From IMG/VR virus record IMGVR_UViG_3300028832_000123, positions 1 to 64,000 of that record: 64,000 bases of DNA; one strand, given 5' to 3'. The notes beneath the pieces were generated by a model. The model worked only from the letters and a program-made list of their open reading frames with translations, was not told the origin of the DNA and searched no databases. Of this stretch, positions 17,347-27,102 are shown one piece after another (the stretch's first letter is position 1; the number at the start of each line of letters is the position of its first letter). The position numbers were made by a program, and so were the translations under genes. This stretch comes from a virus (taxonomy: Duplodnaviria > Caudoviricetes).

Positions 17347-17834
17347 TGCTTATTACCGATTTTCCTTCCTTGATTTCCAACTGGTTGCTCAAACAATCTT
17401 TTAATATCCCATCCTCTGTAATATCTATCATAGTATATCTTGGGTTTAATTCCTGTAATTCTTGACCATTCCATAATGGTGTGTGTTTCACCATTATATG
17501 TTAGTCGTACATTATTACATCTATTATTTTGTTGTTCTCTCATTGTTACCCATCGGCAATTAGAAGGTTCGTAATTCCCTTTTGAATCTATTCTATCAAT
17601 TGATAGCGTATCATTATATCCATTTGCTAATGCCCAGTCTCGAAAATTAACAAAGCTTTTCCATTCATTACAAACAGTAATTCCTTTACCTCCATAAAAT
17701 TTATAGCTATCTGTTTTTTTGTTTTTACATCTATTTAAAATACTATTCCAAATTCTATAAATTCTTGTATTTGTCATATGATGCTGCATCATTCCAAATA
17801 CTCCTCCATCTCTGCACCCATCTTCCTGTAACAT
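17343..17834 (-). CDS. HNH homing endonuclease-like protein
   Basis: YRIWNSILNRC, YGGKGITVCNEW, SIDRIDSKGNYEPSNCRW; visibly AT-rich. Confidence 0.85.
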   Translation of the reverse strand: MLQEDGCRDGGVFGMMQHHMTNTRIYRIWNSILNRCKNKKTDSYKFYGGKGITVCNEWKSFVNFRDWALANGYNDTLSIDRIDSKGNYEPSNCRWVTMREQQNNRCNNVRLTYNGETHTIMEWSRITGIKPKIYYDRYYRGWDIKRLFEQPVGNQGRKIGNKQ

Positions 17835-19186
17835 GTCTTCCGCTTCTTATATGCCCCAAGACAGAAGCCAATGTTGTCAACGAAGTCGTACACTACTGGA
17901 GTTTCTTTTCCTTCCGCTGTTCTCCGGATCCGTCCTACAGACTGGGTAACAATGGCACTGAACTTGCAAGGCGAAGCAAGGAACAGCCGGTCAAGGCATG
18001 GGATATCCAACCCTTCTTTTGCAAGGCTGTAACTGGCAAACAGATACTTCTTCTTACCTGTCCGCATGTCTTCCAGCGCCTGGGCACGTTCTTCCTTGGC
18101 TTTCTTGCTCTGCATCTTTCCGTCAACGTATGCGCAGTCTTTCTGCATTTCTTCCGGAAGGTGACGAATCAGTTCCTTTAGCTGCTCAAGACGGTCCGAA
18201 AGAATCAGACAGCTGTGATTTTTATTATCCATAATCATTGTGGCAATCTTATAATTCCTTCTGTTCAGCGTGGTCAAGTATTCGATCAGCTTCACATAAT
18301 TGATTGTACCGTCAGGATTCAGGCAGTTATCATCAACTTCGACGCCGGTCGGAAGCGCTTTAACCTTCACGCCCATCACCCTGTCCGCAACCGCTTCCTC
18401 CGGAACCTCATACGCAATCGGTCCGATCAGTGCGAACGTTGCTTTAATCAACCCATCAGATCTTTCCGGGGTGGCAGTCAGACCAATCTTATGACGTGCG
18501 GACAAGTGGTTCAGAACCTTCTCATACATGGTAAAGGACGTGTCGGATGTGCAGCACCTGTGACACTCGTCAACAATCACAACGTCCCAGTAATCCCTGT
18601 ACTGAGTCAGTTCCAGTTTGCTCATGGTCTGAACCGTAGCAAATGTAACACCTACGCCGACATTAACCCTGCCTTCGGTGATCGTACCGATCAGACTTTT
18701 GTCAATGTACTGAAGCGCACGGTCACGGCTTTGGTTCAGCAGGTCTGCTGTATGACACAGCCATAACGCCCTGCGCCGGAGTGATTTGATTATGGCAATC
18801 CCGCACTGCGTTTTTCCGCTTCCGGTTGTGGCTTTCAAAATGCCGTAAGTTTTTTCAATCATGCCACGGACAGCATCGGTCTGGTAGTCATACAGCCCCA
18901 TGTCCAGTCCGCCGTAGTCGATCACCGTATCCTGCCGGAAGTCGCAGAAAATTCCGGTACCCTTCAGCATGGGCATCAGTTCCCTGATTATTCCGAACGG
19001 CAGGATCAGCGTGTTTCCATTCCATTCATACATCCGGATGGTCTTCGGCGTCTTTCCTACCCAGAAGCCCATGCGTACTTTTTTCTCGTACACGGGGTTC
19101 GGAAAGTCAAGGTTGTCTTTAGCCCATGTAATGATCTCTTTGGTTGGATCGTCTATGTAAATGCGGTTTGCAATCTTTGTGTTCAT
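17789..19186 (-). CDS. superfamily 2 DEAD/DEAH-box helicase
   Basis: ATTGSGKT, VDECH, GLTATPER, KEGLDIP, QSVGRIRR. Confidence 0.95.
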   Translation of the reverse strand: MNTKIANRIYIDDPTKEIITWAKDNLDFPNPVYEKKVRMGFWVGKTPKTIRMYEWNGNTLILPFGIIRELMPMLKGTGIFCDFRQDTVIDYGGLDMGLYDYQTDAVRGMIEKTYGILKATTGSGKTQCGIAIIKSLRRRALWLCHTADLLNQSRDRALQYIDKSLIGTITEGRVNVGVGVTFATVQTMSKLELTQYRDYWDVVIVDECHRCCTSDTSFTMYEKVLNHLSARHKIGLTATPERSDGLIKATFALIGPIAYEVPEEAVADRVMGVKVKALPTGVEVDDNCLNPDGTINYVKLIEYLTTLNRRNYKIATMIMDNKNHSCLILSDRLEQLKELIRHLPEEMQKDCAYVDGKMQSKKAKEERAQALEDMRTGKKKYLFASYSLAKEGLDIPCLDRLFLASPCKFSAIVTQSVGRIRRTAEGKETPVVYDFVDNIGFCLGAYKKRKTCYRKMGAEMEEYLE

Positions 19187-19635
19187 TTATCCTCCGCCCA
19201 GATCTTGCTGGATTCAAGCCAGTCTTCAAGGTTCCATGTTTCGGTCTTCATCATCTTCGGGGTAATGCTTTTGTGCCCACGGCCCTCAAGCGTTTCAATG
19301 CGTGACAGGGACACCATGCGGATATTGGACAGTGGCGGTTTTCCATCTTCTGCCGGAAGTTTCAGTGCAAAGTAGCACAGTTCACCGCAACGCTTTGTGA
19401 ACAGCTTCATGGCAGTGCGCTGATTTTCCTCGACTCTGGAGAACACGAAACCTTTCTCTGCGTCGCTGATTTCTTTACCGTCGATCAGCGTATGAAAGGA
19501 TCCTTTTACCGCAATGATATCCGCCGGCTGACCTTCCCTTTTCTGTTGCATTACATGTGCCCAGAAGCCATGCTTTGCAAGGATCTCTGCGAAGTCATTC
19601 TCGAATTTGTTCCCTGATGTTTTGTTGTTCGGCAT
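19183..19635 (-). CDS. PD-(D/E)xK nuclease, probable Holliday junction resolvase
   Basis: GNKFENDF, PADIIAVK, IDGK pattern of Hjc-like enzymes. Confidence 0.7.
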   Translation of the reverse strand: MPNNKTSGNKFENDFAEILAKHGFWAHVMQQKREGQPADIIAVKGSFHTLIDGKEISDAEKGFVFSRVEENQRTAMKLFTKRCGELCYFALKLPAEDGKPPLSNIRMVSLSRIETLEGRGHKSITPKMMKTETWNLEDWLESSKIWAEDK

Positions 19636-19821
19636 TCACGTCACCTGCTTCTCGTTTTATTCGTTGCTTTTCCCAGTATCTTTTTTCCATTTCGATCAGC
19701 TGATCGATACAGCTTTCATGCATCGGAGTGTTGTCTTCATCGTCGAATAAATACGGCATGGCATACTCCTTATAAGGCTGGGATGTGGTCTCTCTGTACG
19801 CACTTAATCCCAGTGGCTCAT

Positions 19822-20226
19822 TTAGAACGGCAGTTCATCGGTTTCAACAGCAGTGAATCCGCCGGTAGGTGCTGATGCAGGTTCGCTCGTGGGTTCCGCA
19901 TCCTGTTCGCCACGAGGAGACAGGAACTCGACCTCGCTTGCGTTTACCTCCAGTGACGCACGGGCTTCACCGTCATTGGATGTGTACTGCCGGACGCTGA
20001 CGGATCCGATAACGCTTGCCTTCTTGCCTTTGGACAGATACTTGGCGCACAGTTCACCCAGTGCGCCCCACGCAGCGATTCGGAAGAAGTCTGCGCCAGG
20101 TTCAGGATTGCTCTGTGTCTTCCTGCGGTTCACGGCAACAGTAAAGTCGCATACGGTTGTGCCGGACGGAGTCTGCCGGACTTCAGGATTTTTGGTGACG
20201 TTGCCGATAATAATCAGTTTATTCAT
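19822..20226 (-). CDS. ssb: single-stranded DNA-binding protein
   Basis: MNKLIIIGNVTKNPEVR, FTVAVNR, acidic tail DELPF. Confidence 0.95.
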   Translation of the reverse strand: MNKLIIIGNVTKNPEVRQTPSGTTVCDFTVAVNRRKTQSNPEPGADFFRIAAWGALGELCAKYLSKGKKASVIGSVSVRQYTSNDGEARASLEVNASEVEFLSPRGEQDAEPTSEPASAPTGGFTAVETDELPF

Positions 20227-20235
20227 GCTGTTACC

Positions 20236-20619
20236 TCATTTCAGATATTCGAGTTCTTTCTGGATGTCTTCCGGAATATTGTCCTGCCATACGTAGCTGT
20301 TTTTCAGCACGTATTCGTTGTAGCTTGTTGCTGTGCCGTTTGCCCTCATCTTTGCCTGGTCAGCCCAGCTTTTCTGTTCTTTGTTGTCGCTGTCTTTGTA
20401 CTGTTCCCAGATCAGTTTGTCCTCGGTATAACTTGCGATCATGGAACGGCAGGTATCCTCGACTCTTTTCAGAGTCTTATAATTTGTTGCGTCATCTGTC
20501 TTCTGTACCGCATACATATTGGTGTTCCAGATGCTCCGACCGATAGGGGTGAGAGTTATAAAGACGATCAGCCCGACAATAATGAGACCAATGGCAAACC
20601 ATTTCTTTTCGCTGTCCAT
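20236..20619 (-). CDS. membrane-anchored hypothetical protein
   Basis: N-terminal TM helix FAIGLIIVGLIVFITL followed by a helical soluble domain. Confidence 0.7.
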   Translation of the reverse strand: MDSEKKWFAIGLIIVGLIVFITLTPIGRSIWNTNMYAVQKTDDATNYKTLKRVEDTCRSMIASYTEDKLIWEQYKDSDNKEQKSWADQAKMRANGTATSYNEYVLKNSYVWQDNIPEDIQKELEYLK

Positions 20620-21180
20620 TTAATTCACCTCGTATTTCACAACAGGGCTTTCAACTTCAAACGGGATATCGCTGTACAGGTACTCGCCGGTCCACTCGAT
20701 GTAATTGCCGTTCGGTGTGAAGAAGAAAATACCGTTATCATTTTCACCGTAGCTGCCGTCTACATCGGCAAGCCATTTGTTTTCAAGGTGATAAGTACCA
20801 CCGCAAACCAGTTCGTAATATTCACTGTCCGGTGTCAGATAACTATTCAGGCTCGATACCTTACCATCAACTACGAACCTGCCGGCAACCGTATTCCCTG
20901 CAAACAGCACGATATATCCAAGAGGTCTCTTGATCGGGCACAAAACATTCTTTGCCTTTTCACGCAGGCCATTCACCCAGTACGTGCGTCTGATCAGGTT
21001 GTACCGTTCCAGTGAGTAGTCGATATCCTTTGGCGTGGGCTGGTTTCCGGAGAGGTTATTGGCAATCTCAATTGTGGACGCCTTGTCCATTTCGCTGTTG
21101 GTTGTGACTGAATCGTCACAGCTTGCAAACACGAACAGGCACACGATGAGGACAAGAACAACAGCAATTTTCTTTTTCAT
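20620..21180 (-). CDS. putative lipoprotein
   Basis: MKKKIAVVLVLIVCLFVFAS-C signal peptide and lipobox. Confidence 0.75.
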   Translation of the reverse strand: MKKKIAVVLVLIVCLFVFASCDDSVTTNSEMDKASTIEIANNLSGNQPTPKDIDYSLERYNLIRRTYWVNGLREKAKNVLCPIKRPLGYIVLFAGNTVAGRFVVDGKVSSLNSYLTPDSEYYELVCGGTYHLENKWLADVDGSYGENDNGIFFFTPNGNYIEWTGEYLYSDIPFEVESPVVKYEVN

Positions 21181-21193
21181 ATTGATTTCTCCT

Positions 21194-21844
21194 TTACTGT
21201 TCCGCGGCAGCCATCAGCTGTCCGGCGAGATCGTTCTTGGGTTCTTCTGTATGTGCTTCTTCCTGTTTCTGCTCTTCCTGCTTTGCTTCGAGAGCTGCCT
21301 TGGCTTTCTGTCCGCATTCAATACACAGGCACTTGCCGTACTTTTTCTTGCTTACATCGGCAAGCTTTTCTGCCGTGAAGCTTTCGGTACCGACAATGTC
21401 CTTTCCGCATTCCTCGCACTTCGGGGCAACGTACTTGGCTCCGGTGGGCACCTTATCACGGATGCGGATACCGTCCACCTTTTCTCCGGTACTGGGGTCC
21501 CGCACATCATGCACGATGTACAGCTGGATCCTTTTACCTACCAGCGTTTCGGCGTCCACTGCCTTGAACAGTTTCCGCAGGGTTTTCCGGTTTGTTGCGT
21601 TCACCACCAGAGGACGAACGACGTTGGAAATACCGGCAACCTTTTCCTCAACGAAGGTGATCACGTCATGGTTTTCCTTGCCACGAGCCAGCGTGATCAG
21701 TCCGTTGTACAGGCTCTTGATCGTGAGGATCGGTTCAGAGCCAGGATCAAGGTCTTCAGCGCCCAGATACTCGCTGTTGCGGTGAGCGCCGAGCCGTTCC
21801 TTGCCTTTAAGTGGCGACAAGTTTTGCAGTTCCTTCGGGATCAT
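21194..21844 (-). CDS. putative ssDNA annealing/binding recombination protein
   Basis: Adjacent to the exonuclease; YLGAEDL and NATNRKTL core; C-terminal CEECG...CLCIEC zinc module seen on phage recombination proteins. Confidence 0.55.
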   Translation of the reverse strand: MIPKELQNLSPLKGKERLGAHRNSEYLGAEDLDPGSEPILTIKSLYNGLITLARGKENHDVITFVEEKVAGISNVVRPLVVNATNRKTLRKLFKAVDAETLVGKRIQLYIVHDVRDPSTGEKVDGIRIRDKVPTGAKYVAPKCEECGKDIVGTESFTAEKLADVSKKKYGKCLCIECGQKAKAALEAKQEEQKQEEAHTEEPKNDLAGQLMAAAEQ

Positions 21845-21858
21845 AGATGTATACCTCC

Positions 21859-22674
21859 TTATTCTTCTTCCCCTTCAAAGTTGATATAGCCGGGGATGTA
21901 GGCTTCATTGGGAATATCATCAACGTACCCAGGCCAGTAATCGATTTCTTTGCACTCATGCAGTTTGTCGATCAGTTCACGGAATACGTTCACGCCATAC
22001 TGCATGACGTCCGGAGTGACCTCGACCACGTTTACGCTGTACGGGGGTTTCTTTTCCTGTACAACAAACAGGAATACCGGACGGTAGTCAATGTCATGGT
22101 TGTGCATGACCGCTTCTGTATAGAAAGCAGATTGGAAAGTATAGCCGAGGTCGAACATCTTCCGGATAAACTTATCCGTGTCAGCTGACAACGCTGTCTT
22201 GTAGTCCACAACGGCGATTTTGCCGTCGAGACACTTGATCAGCCTGTCGAGCTTTGCCTTGCACTTCTCGCCTGTCTCCGGATCGGTCCAGAACAGCGGG
22301 ACTTCTGTCTCGCCGTCCTCAGTCAGCAGACTGTGTGCCAGCGTACACTTGTGCAGTGCGTCTGACATTTCCTGAATCGTCTTCAGATCCTCGGCAGAGA
22401 TAATGGTCTTGCCTTCACTCTGCGCAAGGAACTGCTCGTACAGGGCTTTCCCTTCCTTGGTCCGGCGGTCGCATGCAGGAGCGACTGCATACTCGTCGAA
22501 GAACGTATCCGGTTCAAGGACCATCTTGTGCGCTGCGGAACCGAACGTCAGGGCCGGAGAAGATTCTTCCTGCGGGTGATCGAGAAAGTACTTGTACTTC
22601 TCTGGGGAATCGTGCATCAGCCACAGATCTGTTCTGCGGATACCTTCTGCCTTGTTGTACTGTTGTTCTGTCAT
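21859..22674 (-). CDS. PD-(D/E)xK exonuclease (RecE/exonuclease VIII-like)
   Basis: FGSAAH, CKAKLDRL, VVDYKT, QSAFY, FLFVVQEK. Confidence 0.9.
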   Translation of the reverse strand: MTEQQYNKAEGIRRTDLWLMHDSPEKYKYFLDHPQEESSPALTFGSAAHKMVLEPDTFFDEYAVAPACDRRTKEGKALYEQFLAQSEGKTIISAEDLKTIQEMSDALHKCTLAHSLLTEDGETEVPLFWTDPETGEKCKAKLDRLIKCLDGKIAVVDYKTALSADTDKFIRKMFDLGYTFQSAFYTEAVMHNHDIDYRPVFLFVVQEKKPPYSVNVVEVTPDVMQYGVNVFRELIDKLHECKEIDYWPGYVDDIPNEAYIPGYINFEGEEE

Positions 22675-22833
22675 GTGTTCTCTCCTTTACTCTTTTAAGT
22701 AGTGATAATGGGGATTTAAAAACCGGCTGTCCCCTACCGGTCGGCGCATAGTCTTTCCTTGCTTTGCGTACCACCTGAAGAAAGCGAAGAGTGGATTCGC
22801 CATCGAGGAAGGACACATATAAGGAGGGATGAT

Positions 22834-22881
22834 ATGTTCAGGGTTATACCCTTCGCCGGTATGATTATCACTCTTTTGTAG
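22834..22881 (+). CDS. candidate 15-aa hydrophobic peptide MFRVIPFAGMIITLL, antisense to the operon
   Basis: AAGGAGG at 22821-22827, 6 nt before ATG 22834; stop TAG 22879-22881. Confidence 0.3.
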   Translation: MFRVIPFAGMIITLL

Positions 22882-23092
22882 AGTGACGAATCGGCTGATT
22901 TCTTGCGTACCGTTTCTTCCGCCAACAGTTGCGTTTCTGTGCGTCGCTCATTACGTCTGAGCTTACCCTTTTATCACGGTCCGCCTTTTTCGCCGCTTCA
23001 AGTTCCTCCTTCCATGCTTTATATCTTACGCACTTACTATGATGCGCACCGCATCCCTGTAATGAGCATTCTATACATGGACACTTTCTCAA
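22868..23092 (-). CDS. small Cys-rich hypothetical protein
   Basis: CPCIECSLQGCGAHHSKC. Confidence 0.6.
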   Translation of the reverse strand: MRKCPCIECSLQGCGAHHSKCVRYKAWKEELEAAKKADRDKRVSSDVMSDAQKRNCWRKKRYARNQPIRHSTKE

Positions 23093-23592
23093 TTAGCCCA
23101 CTCTCCCATGTTATACGGACAGAGAAGTCCGCTGTAATCATCGAGCGGAAGGATGGATGTAAGCAGGTTATACAACTGACATCCGGAACAGGTCTTATCG
23201 TCCTCGGTACACTCACGACACTTTGTTCTGGCAATATCGACAAGCGCTTTGAACTCATCGCATGTCATGAGTATGTTTGTCGAAAAGCTTGAAAGCTTCG
23301 GGGCTATACGAACATCATAATCATGCTTCGTGTTTTCCAGGGACGTACGCTGATTCATTGGAATGGTTTCAAGAACCTCGTTCATCAGATCGTCCGTTTC
23401 AGCATAGAGTTTCTCCAGACGTTTCTGACCATCCGGAATCATTTCAAGGCGCTGCGCAATGTCTGTCTTCAGCTCTCCAAGCGTTGATACAGCGTTCCCA
23501 AACCACAGCATGGCAAACCTTTCATTGCGGGTCATCCGTACCGCATCTTCACGTGATGGCAGGAGCTGTTTCTTTACAATATGCACTGTCAT
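23089..23592 (-). CDS. hypothetical protein with C-terminal Cys cluster
   Basis: CRECTEDDKTCSGC..CPY. Confidence 0.65.
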   Translation of the reverse strand: MTVHIVKKQLLPSREDAVRMTRNERFAMLWFGNAVSTLGELKTDIAQRLEMIPDGQKRLEKLYAETDDLMNEVLETIPMNQRTSLENTKHDYDVRIAPKLSSFSTNILMTCDEFKALVDIARTKCRECTEDDKTCSGCQLYNLLTSILPLDDYSGLLCPYNMGEWAN

Positions 23593-24116
23593 TCCCCTTC
23601 CAGCTCAAGATATTTGCTTTGGATATATCCGCAGTTGGTTACGCACCAGTCATTACTCCACCAGAGAACCTTGACCGAAGCCTGTGGTTTCAGCCATCGG
23701 ATTCTGTTTCCGTTTACCATGTTCCGTGCAGCGAGTCGTCCTTTACTGATGACGGTGGCAGACTCGTTTGCGATTATCGGCTCGTCATACACAACATAGC
23801 CGGAGTGGATCCACCCTTCGTCTGATTCGAGAGCGAGGTTTGTGCAGTGCAGGAAGCCGTTCTTGGATTTGCCGTCAAGTGTCAGTGGCTCTCCGCATTC
23901 AAACCTGCCGATCACTGTGGATTTCTTTGACGCTGTCTGCCGGATGTTCACATATCCATCGCACAGCACGTACGCTTCCTTCGTTTCTGCGTGGGCCGTG
24001 GAGATCAGCATGTTGTAACCTGCGATGAACAGGTATATGACGAGCACGATCAGCAGGATCTGGATAAAGGTCCGGAATAACTTCCAGGCTTCTGTATCAC
24101 GAAAGTTCTTCTTCAT
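23589..24116 (-). CDS. membrane-anchored SH3b-domain protein
   Basis: TM helix, then YVNIRQTAS..G..GWIHSGYV and a second SH3-like repeat ending GYIQSKYL. Confidence 0.7.
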   Translation of the reverse strand: MKKNFRDTEAWKLFRTFIQILLIVLVIYLFIAGYNMLISTAHAETKEAYVLCDGYVNIRQTASKKSTVIGRFECGEPLTLDGKSKNGFLHCTNLALESDEGWIHSGYVVYDEPIIANESATVISKGRLAARNMVNGNRIRWLKPQASVKVLWWSNDWCVTNCGYIQSKYLELEGE

Positions 24117-24297
24117 GTCTTATCTCCTTACTCTCACCTCATCAAATTCACTAAAAATTGAATACTGGCACCGAAACCAAGAATCATGACCGCAGTGCCA
24201 ACAATGGCACAGAAAACAACCAGAAATGCCATAGCATCGAACTTGAATCGTTTCTTCATTGGAGCCTCCTATTTCGGCCTATTCATGGCTTCCGGTT

Positions 24298-24564
24298 TTA
24301 TTTGCCCAACAGGTTTTTGTACTCTCTTAACAGTTGCAGAACATCCTTCCGAAGTGTGACCATGCACGTTGCATTGATGCCATCGTTATAAGGACATTCT
24401 TTTTTACATCCTGCTATCTGACTACAAAACTCCATCCCTTTGATTGCCTTGTCGAGATTCTTTGTAGCGAGTGCGTGTTTGCAATCGGTTTCCAACACAT
24501 CCTTACAAGGTAAGTAGAAAACCGTACAATCTCCATTGGTGTTTATCAATTCGCATTTTGTCAT
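24298..24564 (-). CDS. hypothetical Cys-rich protein
   Basis: 88-aa ORF in operon context. Confidence 0.5.
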   Translation of the reverse strand: MTKCELINTNGDCTVFYLPCKDVLETDCKHALATKNLDKAIKGMEFCSQIAGCKKECPYNDGINATCMVTLRKDVLQLLREYKNLLGK

Positions 24565-24919
24565 TCCTGCTCACCGTCCTTACCGCCTGTAATGCAGTAT
24601 ACTATCAATTCAAGACGTTGTTTTAATGGCATTTGTTCAATCATTTGATTCCATTCGTTGACTTTCGCAAGGTATTTCTCGTAAGCTGAATGAAACAGTT
24701 TTTTTATATCGGTCATTCCTTTTCACCTGCCTTTTCTTGTTGCCAATACAGGGCGCTGTCAGTTCCAAAATCCACCCCACCAAAGCAGAGCAATCAGCAA
24801 TCCATCCGCAATCAGTTCACGCACAACGTTATACGTTCTCGGTGCCGTTTTTCCGTGATTGATTAACTCAATGCCCAAGTCTATTGACATGATAACAACC
24901 ATGATTATTTGCGGTGCTT

Positions 24920-25303
24920 TCATTCCTTCTCACCTTCCTTTGGTGGTTCCGGCATATACTTCCAATGTGTGACAACGTGATCCATAATCCCCGGCCCTTT
25001 GTAAAAGTGACCGTCACCGAATTTGTATGTCCTTACATCACCAAATGATGTATAGCAGATAACCTCTGTATAATCGTGTGTAATGGGACTTATTTTTTCA
25101 TCCGGCAACCTCTCGCTAACAGGAATCCACTTCGGCTGTTCAGTTTTCAACCTGTCAATCTCTGCCTGTTGCTCTTTCAGCAGTTCAAGCGCATCTTCCG
25201 CAATCTTACAGCATTTCAATCCTTCACAAGTGCTGTCGTTTTTTCTATCTTTCAGCAATTCAAGCCCTGCGATAACCTTCTCTAACTCTGCCAATTTTTT
25301 CAC
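24920..25303 (-). CDS. DUF551-like protein
   Basis: WIPVSERLP...VTHWKYMPEPP. Confidence 0.8.
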   Translation of the reverse strand: MKKLAELEKVIAGLELLKDRKNDSTCEGLKCCKIAEDALELLKEQQAEIDRLKTEQPKWIPVSERLPDEKISPITHDYTEVICYTSFGDVRTYKFGDGHFYKGPGIMDHVVTHWKYMPEPPKEGEKE

Positions 25304-25355
25304 CTACCTTTTGGGGATGAATACCGTCAAATTGATTTTCAGCCTTTTCACGGCA

Positions 25356-25739
25356 TCACATAAACCGCATTATTACCCTGTGTCTTGCACAATAGGCGAA
25401 CATCGTAAACCACTCGGCATATTTTTCCTTCGTGTAATCATCATCGGTCAGAGCATCAATTTTTTCACTGTGCCGTTTCATAGCGTTTTTGATCTTCCTG
25501 CACTCTGAAACTGTAAACTTACCGTCACAATCACTGTGCCAAAGGAACAAATCAAGGTCATCATCACACTTACTGTTCCACATGGCTACTTCTTCATCTG
25601 TAAGCATCCTATTGGACATATAGGCTTTTTCGCACTCATAACCATATATGTACCTAACAACTTTCTTTCTGAACAATGCAAAATGACCGTATCCGATGTT
25701 GTAATTCCCTCTTCCGTGAATCTCTACATCAAGGCTCAT
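25356..25739 (-). CDS. hypothetical protein
   Basis: 127 aa; FLWHSDCDGK motif recurrent in phage hypotheticals. Confidence 0.65.
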   Translation of the reverse strand: MSLDVEIHGRGNYNIGYGHFALFRKKVVRYIYGYECEKAYMSNRMLTDEEVAMWNSKCDDDLDLFLWHSDCDGKFTVSECRKIKNAMKRHSEKIDALTDDDYTKEKYAEWFTMFAYCARHRVIMRFM

Positions 25740-25745
25740 TCCTGC

Positions 25746-25991
25746 TCACCTGCCTTTGCCCCAATTAATGTTTTTTCTGACATAATCAACGGCTTCAGCG
25801 AGATACATTTCTCTTTCAACATTGACCGTTATCATTTGTGGGTGTTTATTATGCTTTCCGAATTTATGACCACAACAGCAACAGTAATTCCCCGGAATTC
25901 CGTGAAAGTATGCCTTGCACTTCTTGCAAAACAAAAACGGTTCGTTCACTGTACCATTAGGCATTACCTGTTCAAGCCTTGCGAAAATCAC
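25746..25991 (-). CDS. small zinc-ribbon-like protein
   Basis: CKKC..CCCCGH. Confidence 0.5.
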   Translation of the reverse strand: MIFARLEQVMPNGTVNEPFLFCKKCKAYFHGIPGNYCCCCGHKFGKHNKHPQMITVNVEREMYLAEAVDYVRKNINWGKGR

Positions 25992-26128
25992 TAACTGTTC
26001 TCTCCCTTCATGCCGTGAATAGCTTCATAAGGTCCGCAGTAGTTGTTATTCTTAACTTGCTTTCCAACTGATTCAGAAAGCTCATTTTCGCTTCTATCGC
26101 CATGTAAATGGCCTCCTTTAATATGTCG

Positions 26129-26392
26129 TTATATCCCGCTCCTCTCAAACGACCGGAATAACTCATTGCTTGATATAACCTGCATGACTGGGAGCATGCC
26201 CTTTGCCCAGTTGATAAATCCTTCTCGTGGGATCCTGTAACTATGACCGATCTTTGAAATCGGGAAGCCGAGGTACTTTGGATCTTTGCCGGCTTCGTCC
26301 CGTATCAGCTGCGGTTCGCAGTGAATGCAGTCCGCCACTTCCTGCACGGATAGGAAATCACGATCCAGTTTTTCTATCTCTGAAAGTTTCAT
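26129..26392 (-). CDS. winged-HTH DNA-binding protein, possible excisionase
   Basis: FLSVQEVADCI...KIGHSYRIPREGFINW, Xis/HTH_17-like. Confidence 0.7.
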   Translation of the reverse strand: MKLSEIEKLDRDFLSVQEVADCIHCEPQLIRDEAGKDPKYLGFPISKIGHSYRIPREGFINWAKGMLPVMQVISSNELFRSFERSGI

Positions 26393-26404
26393 AGCTATTT
26401 ACCT

Positions 26405-26701
26405 TCAGGCGACAGCGACCTGGTTTAACTGTTCCGCATGATTCTTCTTGTACTCTGCATAAAGCATTTCCGTTCGGCGCTCGTTTGTCAGGTACGGAGC
26501 AGTCAAAACCAGATGTGTAACGGACTGTTCAAAGGTATCGGCTTTCTCTCCGATCAGTTTGTAAATTCCGTCAGCTGTCTCCATAAAGCTTTTCCAGAAC
26601 GGATCCCTTCTGGGTCCGCATTTTTCGAGTGCATCGTGAATCTTCAGCAGATCACGACATGCTACGACATCCCGCAGTAATGCGTCCTTTACACTGTTCA
26701 T
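26405..26701 (-). CDS. unknown ~95-aa protein, paralogue 1 of 3
   Basis: Aligns by eye with 29948-30217 and 31119-31403. Confidence 0.7.
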   Translation of the reverse strand: MNSVKDALLRDVVACRDLLKIHDALEKCGPRRDPFWKSFMETADGIYKLIGEKADTFEQSVTHLVLTAPYLTNERRTEMLYAEYKKNHAEQLNQVAVA

Positions 26702-26738
26702 TTTACTCTCCTGTTAATTTGTGCTACTCGTTTAAGTA

Positions 26739-26966
26739 TTAGTCACAGGTATAAAAAATAGACTCTTCGCTGACCCCGTAGTATTCAGCCATGATCTTAC
26801 GCACTTCAGGCTTCGGGTTACGCTCTCCTGATTCATATGCGCAGAGAGAACTGTACGGGATTCCGGTTTCACGGCTGACGCCAGTCTTGGTACGGCAGCC
26901 ACGCAGTTGGCGGAGTCTTTCGCCAACAACTTTCGGACTTACTTTCTTCTTCATCGTAAAGCTCAT
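26739..26966 (-). CDS. Cro-like XRE HTH regulator
   Basis: RLRQLRG..TGVSRETGIPYSSLCAYESGERNP; divergent from the cI-like gene. Confidence 0.85.
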   Translation of the reverse strand: MSFTMKKKVSPKVVGERLRQLRGCRTKTGVSRETGIPYSSLCAYESGERNPKPEVRKIMAEYYGVSEESIFYTCD

Positions 26967-26991
26967 GTATTCACCTCCATTTCTTGACTCT

Positions 26992-27081
26992 ATTTTACTC
27001 TTTTGTGCAGTAATTTCAACACTTAAAATGTTAACTTTTTGTTAATTATGTGTTGATTTTTACTACATAATATGATATTGT
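26992..27081. promoter_or_regulatory. divergent cro/cI promoters with two operator-like sites
   Basis: Minus: TTGAAA-16-TAAAAT containing 26996-27012; plus: TTGATT-17-TATTGT containing 27061-27077. Confidence 0.65.
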
Positions 27082-27102
27082 TATTGCAGGAGGTGATAAT
27101 AT

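Noticed and set aside
22734-22925. 63-aa minus-strand ORF and 22514-22816 in the ORF track
   Set aside because: They overlap better-supported genes, lack an SD and have no protein-like features.
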